Numbered from the stretch's first letter, positions 9,042 through 19,397 are shown. The stretch: DNA of 63,263 nt from a virus (IMGVR_UViG_3300011334_000158:1-63263); one strand, 5' to 3'. The notes: generated from the sequence alone by a model not told the origin. Program-made: numbers and translations.

Positions 9042-11552
9042 TTATTTACCTTTCGGTGTTTGTGGTTGAGGAGGATTCAATGCCTTGTGAACATTAAGAT
9101 CGTGCTGCTTTCCTTGGTGTTCCATATCAAATTTTTGTTTTGCTATGGCGCTACCAAGTTCAACTCCTTTGAGTTCTAACTCACCATCCAAACGGGCTTT
9201 TTCTGCGGCAGCTCGTGCCCCAGCTTGCACCCCAGCTATGCGTTCTTGAGACTCAAGTCTTTGCTTCTCAAGCTCAATACGGTCAGCTTCAGCCGCCGCA
9301 TCCATAGCAAGTTTCTTCTCTTTGATTTCTACTTCTTTAGCTTTAAGTTGCAACTCTTGCTGCTGCATTTGCACTAGCGGGTCTTGAGCCGTTTGTTGTG
9401 CCTGCTGCTGCTGTGCTTCCGACTGATCTTTGCTCAACAGTTTTTGTGCCGCGAGCGCCATCATTCGGGATATTTCTACTTCCATATCTTTCGGCAATTC
9501 TTTATCCATATCCGGTAAAGGAATACCCAATTGTTTCTCTATCTCTTTGCGGTATTGGAATGCCACATGTTCATTTATATGTGCCATAGCAGAAGCTTGA
9601 ATCATCTGAGCTTTGGGGTTTTGACCAATCATCTGCATGATTTTTGGATCTTGCATAGCTGACTGATGCACCTGTATATGCGCTTCGTGGTCTTGATAAA
9701 TAAACGCCTTAACAGGTTTGCCATTAATAATTGACATATTTTCAAACACGGGATCTTTAGGTTTCTGGTCTTCTGCGTTCGGCACCAACTTGCCAATGTT
9801 CTTAATCCCCAAGACTTCTAACATCTGGCGGTTTAACTCTACCAAGTCATATATCTGTGGATTGGCCTGCGCCATCTGCATTACAGCCTGATACTGCACA
9901 ACCTTCTGTGCCATGGTTGCAGCGTTTGGATCAGATACTGGAATTACATCCACTAAGTCATAGTCGGATTTCTTAGCGCGGCGCGAACCCTGCACCGGCT
10001 CGTACTCATACTCCTCTGGCGTATAGTCACGAATAATGTCTTTGAGCAATTTTAATTCCTGCTTCATCGCGTAGTGGACACGCGCCTGTACGGCTGACAT
10101 TACTTTGAGCGTTCTCTCCAAAATAGCTAGTGTTGTACCAACCGGAGAGTTGGATGACATATCCGCAATCTTCAGATCTGCCGCTCCAGCAAATCGCCGA
10201 CCTTCGTCAACGATCTGATTCATCAACGCTAAAAGGACTTGGCTTGGTTCTTTGTAGGGGAGGGGGAGGATGTTGTCCCTAATCGTTCCTGCGGCAACGT
10301 CCACATCTCGGAACTCGCCGGGAGAAATTGGAGTGTCATCTCCCTTGACCCGCATTCCCTTAGTCTTAAGACCGCCAGGCAAGTTCGATAAAGTACCAGC
10401 ATCAACAAGCTGCCTAATAATAGAAGTACCAGACTTAGCAAAAGCACCGATAAGATGTATAAGGCCGAAGGCGTAGAAACCAAAGCCGGGTATATATGGG
10501 TAGTGAACAAAGTGATTCCTCTTCTGGCACGTTTCATCTTCAGGATGCCAGTTCCTTCTGATAGCTAAAATCTCTTGAGAAGTTTTTTCGATAGTTACAA
10601 TGTATGGCAGACCGATGCCAGTATCTTTGCCTTTCTCGTCTTTATCCTCATAGCCTGGCAGATCTAAATAAACCTGCATCTCCAACAACTTATATCTATC
10701 GTCCGACGTAGCGCGAAAACCCATACGTTCCGCAATCTTCTTCTCCACATCGTCTAATGTATTCTGCGGCTCCGGTAGGTCAACATCTTTATAAAAGCCA
10801 GCCACCATCAGCCTTCTTAACTCATTCTTAGTCTTACGCATTACATGGGTCATGCGGTTAGCCGTCTCTAAATTAGACGCACCGTAAGGAACCACTACAT
10901 CTTCGGCTGGAATAAACAGAGCTACCTGTCTATTTAAAGTAGGATCAAAGTAGACTTTCTTAAAAGCATTGCCAGACAGACCTAATCCCCATGCCATGCG
11001 TTCGTGTTCTGGACGATACTCCACCATAACTTCGGTGAGTTCATAATTCATGTCGTCTTGCACACGTTCAGCAGCGTCTTTCTTTTGAGGTGTTTCCTTA
11101 CCAATAATCTTAGTTTTAACTGGCCCCGCAGCTGGGAATGTCTCCATAACCGTTTCGGCTTGGAATTTGACAAGAGCCTCAGATAACAACGGATGATAAA
11201 CGCCACATGCACCTTCCCATGGTTCTGATCGTTCTTCAATTTTCATCCCCAATAGTTCTAAGCCATCGACGTACGTCTGCATCCAATCCTTGCGGGCGTC
11301 GATATCATCATCAAAGTCCGATAGCAAATCCCCAGCTAACTCCTGAAGTTCGCTCTCATCCATGTACTCAGCTATGTTTGCGTCAAAATCATCCGTCGAT
11401 TCCTTGTTCGGCTCGATATCAATCTCAAGATCACCTATACCTATAGTCATAGACTCAGGATCTTCCACCTCAATCTCTATCCCATCCATGTCATCTTCCG
11501 CTCCCATGCCAAGTGGTGCCTGATATAGAGCTTTGTCAAAATTTGTCGCCAT
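9042..11552 (-). CDS. Portal protein (P22-like, long C-terminal coiled coil)
   Basis: 836 aa; follows TerL; GNAFKKVY motif; Gln-rich helical tail. Confidence 0.85.
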   Translation of the reverse strand: MATNFDKALYQAPLGMGAEDDMDGIEIEVEDPESMTIGIGDLEIDIEPNKESTDDFDANIAEYMDESELQELAGDLLSDFDDDIDARKDWMQTYVDGLELLGMKIEERSEPWEGACGVYHPLLSEALVKFQAETVMETFPAAGPVKTKIIGKETPQKKDAAERVQDDMNYELTEVMVEYRPEHERMAWGLGLSGNAFKKVYFDPTLNRQVALFIPAEDVVVPYGASNLETANRMTHVMRKTKNELRRLMVAGFYKDVDLPEPQNTLDDVEKKIAERMGFRATSDDRYKLLEMQVYLDLPGYEDKDEKGKDTGIGLPYIVTIEKTSQEILAIRRNWHPEDETCQKRNHFVHYPYIPGFGFYAFGLIHLIGAFAKSGTSIIRQLVDAGTLSNLPGGLKTKGMRVKGDDTPISPGEFRDVDVAAGTIRDNILPLPYKEPSQVLLALMNQIVDEGRRFAGAADLKIADMSSNSPVGTTLAILERTLKVMSAVQARVHYAMKQELKLLKDIIRDYTPEEYEYEPVQGSRRAKKSDYDLVDVIPVSDPNAATMAQKVVQYQAVMQMAQANPQIYDLVELNRQMLEVLGIKNIGKLVPNAEDQKPKDPVFENMSIINGKPVKAFIYQDHEAHIQVHQSAMQDPKIMQMIGQNPKAQMIQASAMAHINEHVAFQYRKEIEKQLGIPLPDMDKELPKDMEVEISRMMALAAQKLLSKDQSEAQQQQAQQTAQDPLVQMQQQELQLKAKEVEIKEKKLAMDAAAEADRIELEKQRLESQERIAGVQAGARAAAEKARLDGELELKGVELGSAIAKQKFDMEHQGKQHDLNVHKALNPPQPQTPKGK

Positions 11553-11560
11553 GATAGTCC

Positions 11561-13036
11561 TTAGTAGTAAACGCGCTTGCGACGGAAGTCGATAGGTTCG
11601 TCCTCTTCGTCAGAATCAAGCCGCAAAAATCCGCCCTGCCGAAACCGCATCAATGCTTGTACTGTGCTATCGACCAAGTCATCGTGTTCTGCGTTCGGAA
11701 ACCTAGCCATTTCCTCGATAACCTCGTCAGCCCAGCGTGTTTCTGGTGCCCACACTTTACCGGATGAGAATAAATCGGTCACGCTGTTCAATCGCACGAA
11801 CTTATCGTTGCCTCTGGTAGGCGTATAGTCCTGTACATACACACCCATACGTCGTAATTCAAATATCAACGGCGCGCCAGCGGCTTTAGCCTCAATAATG
11901 CAGGAATCTGGCTCCCATTCGTCGTACATTTCCTTCGCTTTTTGCTTTAATTCTGGGAATTCCAGCTTATCCTTCCACGCATCTAGCAAAATGATGTTTA
12001 CATCGCTCTCATTCTCGTCTTTGTGGAACACACCCCATGTTGTACACGCAGAATAGTCAGCTCGCTGGCTTTTTGTGAACGCAGTATCCCAACTTTGGAT
12101 GATAAATTCACACGCAGGCGCTCTATTTCCGTCCCAACGCTGCCACCACTCCCGTTTTACTAGCGCACCCTCTTCTCCCGTAGGCTGTTGCTGGTACTGA
12201 GCGTTCCATTTGTACGGTGGTAACTCTTCTTTTAGTGCTTTTAGCTCTTCTAGAGGCCAGAATTCAGGCCATAGACTGTTTCCCGATGGCAAAATTGCCG
12301 GTAGTTCTATAACTTCCCAGTCTGTAGAGTCACTTTTCAACACTTTGCCGGTCAAATCTTTGTCTGACCAGCGCGTCATCACAATAATAATCGCCCCGCC
12401 AGGCTGTAAACGCTGCCTCGGACCCGACGTATACCATTCGTACACATTATCAAATACCCCAGGATCCCCTTGGGCTAGTTTTGCTTCTTGTTCTGAATGC
12501 GGATCGTCGATTATTAGTAGATCAGCGCCCTTACCAGTAACAGTACCGCCAACACCGATAGCGAAATAATCACCACCGTGGCTAGTAGCCCAACGCCCCG
12601 CCGCCTTGGAATCCGCACGGAGACCGACCCCCGGAAAGATCTTCGAATATTGGTCACTATCAACTAAGTTCCTAACCTTCCTACCAAACCCCACCGCCAA
12701 CTCCGCAGTATTGGACGTTTGGATAACCTTCTTATCTGGGTACTTCCCTAAGAACCAACTAGGCAACAAGTAACTAGCAAACTCTGATTTCGTGTGGCGC
12801 GGCGGCATGTTGATGATCAGTCTCTTCAACTTCCCCGCAGCTATTTCTTCAAACTTCTTAGCCATGAGAGCATGATGTCTGCCATGTATAAACCCAGGCC
12901 ACATTTCATTTACGAACGCCATAAACGACTTTTGAGCTTTCTCCCGCGTGACAGCATCCTTATACTGGCTCACTTGCTCCAGTAATTTCTCCTGCTCGTT
13001 CGCAGGCAGCTTGCTTATCAACTCACTTAAGTCCAC
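11561..13036 (-). CDS. terL: Terminase large subunit
   Basis: Walker A NMPPRHTKS, Walker B LLIIDDP, MTRW coupling motif, nuclease SWDTA and HDDLVDS. Confidence 0.95.
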   Translation of the reverse strand: MDLSELISKLPANEQEKLLEQVSQYKDAVTREKAQKSFMAFVNEMWPGFIHGRHHALMAKKFEEIAAGKLKRLIINMPPRHTKSEFASYLLPSWFLGKYPDKKVIQTSNTAELAVGFGRKVRNLVDSDQYSKIFPGVGLRADSKAAGRWATSHGGDYFAIGVGGTVTGKGADLLIIDDPHSEQEAKLAQGDPGVFDNVYEWYTSGPRQRLQPGGAIIIVMTRWSDKDLTGKVLKSDSTDWEVIELPAILPSGNSLWPEFWPLEELKALKEELPPYKWNAQYQQQPTGEEGALVKREWWQRWDGNRAPACEFIIQSWDTAFTKSQRADYSACTTWGVFHKDENESDVNIILLDAWKDKLEFPELKQKAKEMYDEWEPDSCIIEAKAAGAPLIFELRRMGVYVQDYTPTRGNDKFVRLNSVTDLFSSGKVWAPETRWADEVIEEMARFPNAEHDDLVDSTVQALMRFRQGGFLRLDSDEEDEPIDFRRKRVYY

Positions 13037-13196
13037 ATCTCTCCCGCGCGATAGTTTCTTCTAATCGGTTCTTAATCTTCGATAGCGTAGGATAAATACT
13101 AACAGGCCGGTAGTATCTCCTACCACCATGCTGATCCTTATACATGGTGTAGAGCAAAGTAAAAGCCTCTAGTAATAACTCTTCGTCTTTACTCAT
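13023..13196 (-). CDS. Hypothetical 57-aa protein (MSKDEELLL...)
   Basis: Translated by hand; fills the gap and overlaps both neighbours. Confidence 0.55.
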   Translation of the reverse strand: MSKDEELLLEAFTLLYTMYKDQHGGRRYYRPVSIYPTLSKIKNRLEETIARERCGLK

Positions 13197-13495
13197 TCTA
13201 ACGTGCGAAAGTTTATATACACCGGACGAACACTCCTGCCCGCTCCCTTCACCTTCTTCAGAACACCAATCTTTACAAGCCGGTTGATAATCTCCGCCGT
13301 ATTCCCCATACCAGCCTTACCCCTAACTTCACATATATCCCGTATAGACGGACCAAACCCATACTGCTTCCACCACTCATCTATACATATAAACACTTCC
13401 TTCTGCGCAGGCGTCATATCCTTCCTCACACATTCCTCATACGACAACTCACCCCTCTTTGTTGTCATCGCCCTATTTATCAACACAGTTGTCAT
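13193..13495 (-). CDS. LexA-like winged-helix DNA-binding protein (no peptidase domain)
   Basis: MTPAQKEV..I..WWKQYGFGPSIRDI...LVKIGVL..RS matches the LexA N-terminal domain pattern. Confidence 0.75.
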   Translation of the reverse strand: MTTVLINRAMTTKRGELSYEECVRKDMTPAQKEVFICIDEWWKQYGFGPSIRDICEVRGKAGMGNTAEIINRLVKIGVLKKVKGAGRSVRPVYINFRTLE

Positions 13496-13500
13496 AACGT

Positions 13501-13550
13501 AAATGTTGTCAACTGCTTACTGGTAAATTTACCAGTAACCACTTGATAAC
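13501..13550. promoter_or_regulatory. 50-bp imperfect palindrome, copy 1
   Basis: gttgtcaa-ctgc-ttactggt-aaattt-accagtaa-ccac-ttgataac. Confidence 0.75.
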
Positions 13551-14338
13551 TATTTTCCTTTTTCCAAAAATATATCCCCCTGGGGGGTGGGCGATTCTAA
13601 AGGCAAGGGGGGGTCTTCCAAAAAATCACCGGATTGTTCGAGTGGAATAGTATGTACATCGAGAGTCGGAGTCCCGTTATCAAAATGGCATGGTGGGGGT
13701 GTAGTGGGGTCGGAATCCGGCTGTTTTTCGTCTCCTGCAAGCTCAGATAATAGGTCGTTCGCATCGACTGTTACCGCATTGTCCGCGCCTATCATCATTG
13801 CTTTCAGTTGCTGCATGATCTGGCTCTTGATCTCGTCGCTGTCTTTCACCGTCTCTATGCGCTTAGTCTCGCGGAACATATCCACGCCGGATATCACGCC
13901 AAGAGTCTTAACCGCGCTGACTCTAACGGCGTCGCGGTCGCTGTTAGTAGCGATATCGGTTAGCGTTGAAACGATCAAAGCCTTGATTGAATCGACAGAA
14001 TATTGTGCTGCCCTTTGTTTGTGTAGTTCCAGCCGTTCCATTTCCAGTTTTATTCCAGAGTGCTGTTTTAGCAAGCTGGCAGCATTTCCAACTGTCTTAG
14101 GTTTACCCTTCGATTTATACGCTTGCCTGTAACTGTCAGCCCCAGACAGACCGTCTAATATCAGCCCTTCAGCATATTTCCTCTGTTTAGCTGTTAGTCC
14201 GGTTTTACCTAAGTGAAGCGCGCCTTCTAGCCCTTTGGACTGTATCGCTTCTCTTGCCTGCTTTCTGTTGATTGTTTTCATGATGATCTGATTCCCTTCG
14301 GGATTCCTGCGCGCGCCGCGCTCAAATAATGCCGCCAA
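13550..14338 (-). CDS. terS: Terminase small subunit (putative; true start may be MKTINRK)
   Basis: LTAKQRKY....G.SGADSYRQAY HTH pattern; RVSAVKTLG; upstream of terL. Confidence 0.65.
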   Translation of the reverse strand: MAALFERGARRNPEGNQIIMKTINRKQAREAIQSKGLEGALHLGKTGLTAKQRKYAEGLILDGLSGADSYRQAYKSKGKPKTVGNAASLLKQHSGIKLEMERLELHKQRAAQYSVDSIKALIVSTLTDIATNSDRDAVRVSAVKTLGVISGVDMFRETKRIETVKDSDEIKSQIMQQLKAMMIGADNAVTVDANDLLSELAGDEKQPDSDPTTPPPCHFDNGTPTLDVHTIPLEQSGDFLEDPPLPLESPTPQGDIFLEKGK

Positions 14339-14426
14339 TATACAGGAACACCGCCGGAATAGTCAAAACCTATTAAAACCTGGCTATCGATTAAAATATA
14401 TCATTGGATAAAGTATATTGCACCGC

Positions 14427-14454
14427 TTGACATATTGCATCAGCATGCTAATGT
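14427..14454 (+). promoter_or_regulatory. Sigma70 early promoter
   Basis: TTGACA-16-TAATGT with extended TG. Confidence 0.65.
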
Positions 14455-14503
14455 TCAGTCCATGCACTTCATTCAATGGTGCATCACTTATAGGAGATTA
14501 CGC

Positions 14504-14669
14504 AATGAACGATTACACCGCCAATGGATTTAAAGACCGCCGCGATTATCTCGAATCACTATGCGAGGAGTACGACCGCGAGGCTGTTTACGCGCTGGCA
14601 TCAATACTCGGTAGCTCTGAAGATTTCGACGGGCTAATCACCAGCCTGGAAGATGAATTTAATTATTGA
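14504..14669 (+). CDS. Small acidic early protein (MNDYTANG...)
   Basis: SD TAGGAG before an internal ATG of ORF 14418..14669. Confidence 0.65.
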
Positions 14670-14746
14670 GTGCTACCTGTTAGCCGATTGCATGCAGTTG
14701 GCTAACGGATTATCACTCGATAATCACACTTTTAGGAGAGTGAACA

Positions 14747-14821
14747 ATGAATGAAATTATGGCAGGTATAGCTGGGTTCTTTATTTTTTGGCTTTTCTTG
14801 TTTTTACTTTTATCTATCTGA
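14747..14821 (+). CDS. 24-aa hydrophobic peptide (MNEIMAGIAGFFIFWLFLFLLLSI)
   Basis: Translated by hand; SD TAGGAG. Confidence 0.5.
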   Translation: MNEIMAGIAGFFIFWLFLFLLLSI

Positions 14822-14833
14822 GGAGATTACACC

Positions 14834-15259
14834 ATGACCAAAACCGAAGCCTTACGCCGCGCACATCAAGAAAATAGCCTTGTACAACTCGGATTTACCG
14901 CCGAGCAGGTTAATAGCTTGCGCCGTATCAGCCTGACCCTGCACCGTTGGCACGAACTGTCGTGCGGTATCGATAGCGGATGCGTAGAGCGTGACGAGCA
15001 AACAGAGAAAACATACTGGCGCAATGCTAATACTGGCAAGCTATCGCCCTTCCCTGATCGTGAAACTGGCGCATTAAAACGACTTGCCGCCATTGTTCAC
15101 GACCGCAATATCCGCCAACCCTTTGCAGAATCGCCGCTTTTGGATACCTACATTCAAACCGACCCACGCGGAGCCGCGCTCTACATTTTACGCCCTAATG
15201 ACATACCAGAAGGAAAAGACCCCGCCGCCTACTATTCACGCGGTATCTGCGTTTATTAA
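14834..15259 (+). CDS. Hypothetical early protein
   Basis: SD GAGGAG; YIQTDPRGAALYI motif. Confidence 0.7.
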   Translation: MTKTEALRRAHQENSLVQLGFTAEQVNSLRRISLTLHRWHELSCGIDSGCVERDEQTEKTYWRNANTGKLSPFPDRETGALKRLAAIVHDRNIRQPFAESPLLDTYIQTDPRGAALYILRPNDIPEGKDPAAYYSRGICVY

Positions 15260-15274
15260 TCAGGAGTTAATAAA

Positions 15275-15475
15275 ATGAAAATAACTATCCGCATCGAGAA
15301 AAATTACGGCATCGAAACCGCATACCCTAGTTGTGACCAGAGCCGCCTACTTGCGAAGCTGGCAGGCACTAAGACGCTGACACGCCACGCGCTCGACACT
15401 ATCGCCGCGCTTGGTTATGCAATCGAGATCGAGCAAACCGCGCCCAAAATGTTCGCCCACCTAGCAGGAGCCTAG
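15275..15475 (+). CDS. Hypothetical early protein
   Basis: SD AGGAG; LAGTKTLT motif. Confidence 0.7.
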   Translation: MKITIRIEKNYGIETAYPSCDQSRLLAKLAGTKTLTRHALDTIAALGYAIEIEQTAPKMFAHLAGA

Positions 15476-15477
15476 AC

Positions 15478-15666
15478 ATGAAAATTTATCACGACTATAA
15501 CGACCTGCCACCGACCGCCTCATACATTGGCGGAACCTGCCCGGATGGCAGCATGGACGAATCGACCGCCGATGCCATTGGCGATGCACTCGACCTGGCT
15601 TGCTTACATGATGATGATGGAACCCGCCACTACTTCGACCTGGCAGAGGAGACTACAAAATGCTGA
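15478..15666 (+). CDS. Hypothetical early protein
   Basis: SD AGGAG. Confidence 0.55.
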   Translation: MKIYHDYNDLPPTASYIGGTCPDGSMDESTADAIGDALDLACLHDDDGTRHYFDLAEETTKC

Positions 15667-15926
15667 TTAATTACCACGCGAAAAACGAAAAACAAGGCTG
15701 GCACCTGGTTTGCAGCTTCCCGATTGATTCCGATCAATGGGGCAAAACCGACAGATCATTCATTGACGAAATGCTGAAACAAGGCCACCAGGTTATTACT
15801 TGCGGATGGAATATGTGGGAAATCGCGCCCGATGGACTGAGCCAGGAACCGCACCGGGAACCGACCACCACCGCGCCGCGCAAGCCGACCAGGCCGCTAC
15901 AGCAAACCGCCTTAGACCTTGATTGA
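15660..15926 (+). CDS. Hypothetical early protein
   Basis: SD GAGGAG; coupled to the previous ORF. Confidence 0.55.
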   Translation: MLINYHAKNEKQGWHLVCSFPIDSDQWGKTDRSFIDEMLKQGHQVITCGWNMWEIAPDGLSQEPHREPTTTAPRKPTRPLQQTALDLD

Positions 15927-15934
15927 AAAACCGC

Positions 15935-15963
15935 TTGCACTTGACCTGGTCAGGCTTTATGAT
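15935..15963 (+). promoter_or_regulatory. Sigma70 promoter with a TGACC-T-GGTCA palindrome in the spacer
   Basis: TTGCAC-17-TATGAT. Confidence 0.6.
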
Positions 15964-16012
15964 GCAATACATAGGAGCGTGACCAGGCAATACTTTTATA
16001 GGAGATCAGACA

Positions 16013-16663
16013 ATGCAAACCATGTTATTCGCAGTACCCGAATCACGCTGGACTGTACGCCTAGCCGAATCGATAGCAGGAACCCTCGGGAACCCGAGCA
16101 AGTTACCAGGCAAGGCTTACGGAATCAGCGCAAAGCTTTGCAATATAGGAGCGAAGCTCGCCCTTATACCCGGTTCGATTTGCGCCGAATGCTACGCGAT
16201 GCGCGATAACTACAATTATCCGAGTGTAAAAATTGGACACGACCGCCGCGCCGCTGGTTTGAGTTCTATTTCCTGGCGGGATGCAATGATTAAACTGATC
16301 AGCAGATTAGACGAACCGCACTTCCGCTGGTTTGATAGTGGAGACATTCAGTCTTTTCAAATGCTGCTAGATATTGTCTATATCGCAGAGAAATTGCCAG
16401 AGTTCCGATTTTGGCTGCCGACCAGAGAAAAAAAGTTAGTCCTACAGTATCAGACGAATTTTGGAAGCTTCCCGAAAAACCTGGTAGTCAGATTATCCGC
16501 CGCAATGATTGACGGAAACGCACCCGACTATTCTGGCAACACCAGCACCGTAGTTACCACCACCGCCTACACTTGCGCCGCGCCTGATCAAGATGGTAAA
16601 TGCAAAGATTGCCGCGACTGCTGGGATCCTGAAATTAAAAATGTAGCGTACTTAAAACACTAG
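16013..16663 (+). CDS. Gp88-like Cys-rich (radical-SAM-related) phage protein
   Basis: PSKLPG..C..G..L...GSICAECYA, FRWFDSGD, FWLPTRE, C..C..CW motifs. Confidence 0.75.
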   Translation: MQTMLFAVPESRWTVRLAESIAGTLGNPSKLPGKAYGISAKLCNIGAKLALIPGSICAECYAMRDNYNYPSVKIGHDRRAAGLSSISWRDAMIKLISRLDEPHFRWFDSGDIQSFQMLLDIVYIAEKLPEFRFWLPTREKKLVLQYQTNFGSFPKNLVVRLSAAMIDGNAPDYSGNTSTVVTTTAYTCAAPDQDGKCKDCRDCWDPEIKNVAYLKH

Positions 16664-16674
16664 GAGATCAGACG

Positions 16675-16872
16675 ATGAAAACATTAGCCGAAATTAAAGC
16701 ACGCGCACACGCCATTGCATCAATGCACTATTACGCATGCGTTGACGACCTTACCGCATGGGAACCGTTCGAGGGTTATTCAGACGAATGGATACAAGAG
16801 GAAATAGAAAACATGACGGAAATGCTAGTCGGACAAATGCTGTGGGCGCAATCAGATACACTAGACAAATGA
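16675..16872 (+). CDS. Hypothetical protein
   Basis: SD TAGGAG. Confidence 0.6.
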   Translation: MKTLAEIKARAHAIASMHYYACVDDLTAWEPFEGYSDEWIQEEIENMTEMLVGQMLWAQSDTLDK

Positions 16873-17072
16873 ATAACCACCCCGCCACGTTTTCTATTCA
16901 TCTGCTTGAAGATGAAGAAGGAAACGTGCGCGTAGTTTCCGACTGGTCTGGAGAGGGTGAGCGATGCCTGAATCTAGGTATCGAGATCATGCAATCCCTC
17001 TCTCAGATCATCCCCTACACAGACGGTGCGCTAACGATGGGCGCTGCTTTCCGTACTACGACCGAGCATTGA
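16869..17072 (+). CDS. Hypothetical protein (start MNNHPATF)
   Basis: ATGA overlap with the previous stop codon. Confidence 0.5.
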   Translation: MNNHPATFSIHLLEDEEGNVRVVSDWSGEGERCLNLGIEIMQSLSQIIPYTDGALTMGAAFRTTTEH

Positions 17073-17882
17073 GCGGGTCAGGCTTTGAGTAAACTGAAAC
17101 AAACCGATCCGACGGTGCGTGTCGTTGGCATCTTCGCCGACACGATCAGACAGCCAGTATTTCCAACCGCTTTCCTCTGCCACACGCTGCCCTGTACCAC
17201 TAGCATCGTTGTCTGCGATCAGAAGCCCAGGTTCCAACCCCGCCGCCACCTTCCCCATGTTCCCCGCGCTGAAACATACATGCAGCGTGTACCGTTGCTT
17301 CATCTGCTTAAATGCCAGACGAACAGACAGAGCCGTAGCGTAGCCCTCGCACAAAACATTCAAACCCTTGTTATCGAATGTAAAGGTGGCATTACTTGTA
17401 CGCTGTCCGTACAAAAACTTCTTCCCGCCGTCCTGATCTATTTGCTGAAGGCCGACAAGATTACCACCTACCCGCATTGGGATCAGAAGCACAGGTTTGC
17501 CGTCCTGCCACAGTACATTTCCCTGCTCATCAGGAAAGCCCTTGCTCTCAAGGTACGGGTGAGTGCTAAGACCACTACCGTTAAGCATTCCGACCGCCCT
17601 TTGCATAGCCTGATGTTGCTTCTTCTTCTGCTCGTCCTCGGCATTACGGATAGACGCGAGGTAGGTTGACTTAACTTTAGTTGTAATGGGAGAGTCAGGC
17701 TTCCATATACTGACGACAGTAGCTGTCGCATGATTCTGTACGAACCCTACTTCCCCCATGAACTTCACCGCGCCGTTGCGAGAACGTGGATGATCCTCTG
17801 TCGGGAACCGTTTCCATACACCGAGCGGCGGGAGATCATGGATGATGATGCCATGCGAGCGAGCAAATTCTATAAAGTCCAT
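17031..17882 (-). CDS. Toprim-domain primase-like protein
   Basis: HPYLESKG, LQQIDQDGGKKF, CEGYATALS, IADND...G motifs. Confidence 0.85.
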   Translation of the reverse strand: MDFIEFARSHGIIIHDLPPLGVWKRFPTEDHPRSRNGAVKFMGEVGFVQNHATATVVSIWKPDSPITTKVKSTYLASIRNAEDEQKKKQHQAMQRAVGMLNGSGLSTHPYLESKGFPDEQGNVLWQDGKPVLLIPMRVGGNLVGLQQIDQDGGKKFLYGQRTSNATFTFDNKGLNVLCEGYATALSVRLAFKQMKQRYTLHVCFSAGNMGKVAAGLEPGLLIADNDASGTGQRVAEESGWKYWLSDRVGEDANDTHRRIGLFQFTQSLTRSMLGRSTESSAHR

Positions 17883-19357
17883 TATCTTTTCCCCACGCTA
17901 CGCAAGAACTGCTTTAACTTCTTATCTACGAACCGCCTTGTATCATCCGACGGTAGAGCTGGCATATCATCCCGCAGCGCACGAGGCCAGACGCCAAATT
18001 TTTCCCGATACGTATTAGCCGCCCTGCCTTTAGACCAACCCTGCACACGCATATACCAGATCATCTGGTTCCAGAACTGCTGCTTACCATCTTTGGATAC
18101 GGTTCCTGTCAGCTCGACCATCTCACCATCAAGCGAGAACACCTTATTCTTTTTCTCTTTCACATGACCGCAGTTGTAGCAAGTATCAGACCCACTAGGC
18201 CACAATGCAGAACATTGAGGGCACTTACTGTCGGCTTTCACTCTCTCCGTTGGTTCCTTCTTGGCCTTTTCTCTGCCATCATCCAGAACTTCTACGCCTT
18301 CTTCAAAGACTTGATCCCAATCATCTCTGAACCGCAGATAGTTACCGCTGTGATCCAACCACACCGCAAACTCTTTGCCCTCATGCCCGCGCATCACCCG
18401 ACCCATCTGTTGTATGTGCGAGGACAAGGATTTACTAAAAGGCCTGGCTGATACGCCAATCATCACATCGCTGACATCAAACCCTTTGGTCAAAATATCG
18501 GTGGCAATTAGTCCAACGATCTCTGTATCGGGCTTGCTGAAGTCTTCGATTACCTGCTTCTTCCACTCGTCATCATCCTTGTAGCTGATACAGATGAAGT
18601 TATGCCCCTGCTCTTGGAACTTGCGGGCGAGATCCACGCCATGTTCCACACCTGACGCAAACACAATTGTCTTGCGAGGCCGACCAAATATCTCATTCGT
18701 TTTATTTATCCACTCCGCTACCACATCGCCAGTAATGACCATCCCGCGCTTGGTTGTCTCCTGTGTTGACCACTCGCCGCCAATCTTCTTGGCACCTTCC
18801 ATGTCAATCTCTTTGGCAATGAATACTCTTAGCGGTACGAGTACCTTGTCCTGCACCAGTTGCTTGGTGGTAACTGTGCTGACTACGTTGTCGTATATTT
18901 TGCCAAGCCCCTTGGTAAACGGAGTAGCAGTCAACCCGATTACACGCACATGGGGATTAGCTTTGATGAACTCGACTGTTTGCTCGCGGGTTTGATGACA
19001 CTCGTCCACAATCAAAAGATTCAAACCTGGAAATGATCCTCTGCGCTCTAGTGTTTGAGCCGAGCATACTTGGATGTTTTCGTAAGGTCTGTAACGCCAA
19101 TGCCCTGCCTGCATAACACCATGCGCTATGTCGTACTTCTCTAATCGTTTACTGGTCTGGTCGCAAAGAACCACGCGGTCTAATAACATCGCCGCTTTGT
19201 TTCCTTTGGTTTGTGTCGCAGCCATCAGAGCGATAGCCATCTCAGTTTTGCCAGCTCCCGTGGGGGCGTACAGTATCTGTGCTTTCCTGCCCTTTGCAAA
19301 TCCTTCACGCAAAGCGGCTAGTGTTTGCTCTTGATAAGAGCGTAGATTTAATCCCAT
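17882..19357 (-). CDS. Superfamily II DExH helicase with C-terminal Zn finger
   Basis: LRSYQ, APTGAGKT, IVDECH, GLTATP, QQMGRVMR, CPQC..CYNC. Confidence 0.92.
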   Translation of the reverse strand: MGLNLRSYQEQTLAALREGFAKGRKAQILYAPTGAGKTEMAIALMAATQTKGNKAAMLLDRVVLCDQTSKRLEKYDIAHGVMQAGHWRYRPYENIQVCSAQTLERRGSFPGLNLLIVDECHQTREQTVEFIKANPHVRVIGLTATPFTKGLGKIYDNVVSTVTTKQLVQDKVLVPLRVFIAKEIDMEGAKKIGGEWSTQETTKRGMVITGDVVAEWINKTNEIFGRPRKTIVFASGVEHGVDLARKFQEQGHNFICISYKDDDEWKKQVIEDFSKPDTEIVGLIATDILTKGFDVSDVMIGVSARPFSKSLSSHIQQMGRVMRGHEGKEFAVWLDHSGNYLRFRDDWDQVFEEGVEVLDDGREKAKKEPTERVKADSKCPQCSALWPSGSDTCYNCGHVKEKKNKVFSLDGEMVELTGTVSKDGKQQFWNQMIWYMRVQGWSKGRAANTYREKFGVWPRALRDDMPALPSDDTRRFVDKKLKQFLRSVGKR

Positions 19358-19397
19358 GGTTACCTCTGACTACCAGCACTTACCCGCTGGCTTGGGT

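Noticed and set aside
13193-13495. Evidence for a temperate, integrating lifestyle
   Set aside because: Only a LexA-like DNA-binding domain is present; no integrase or att site was recognised. Lifestyle is left open.
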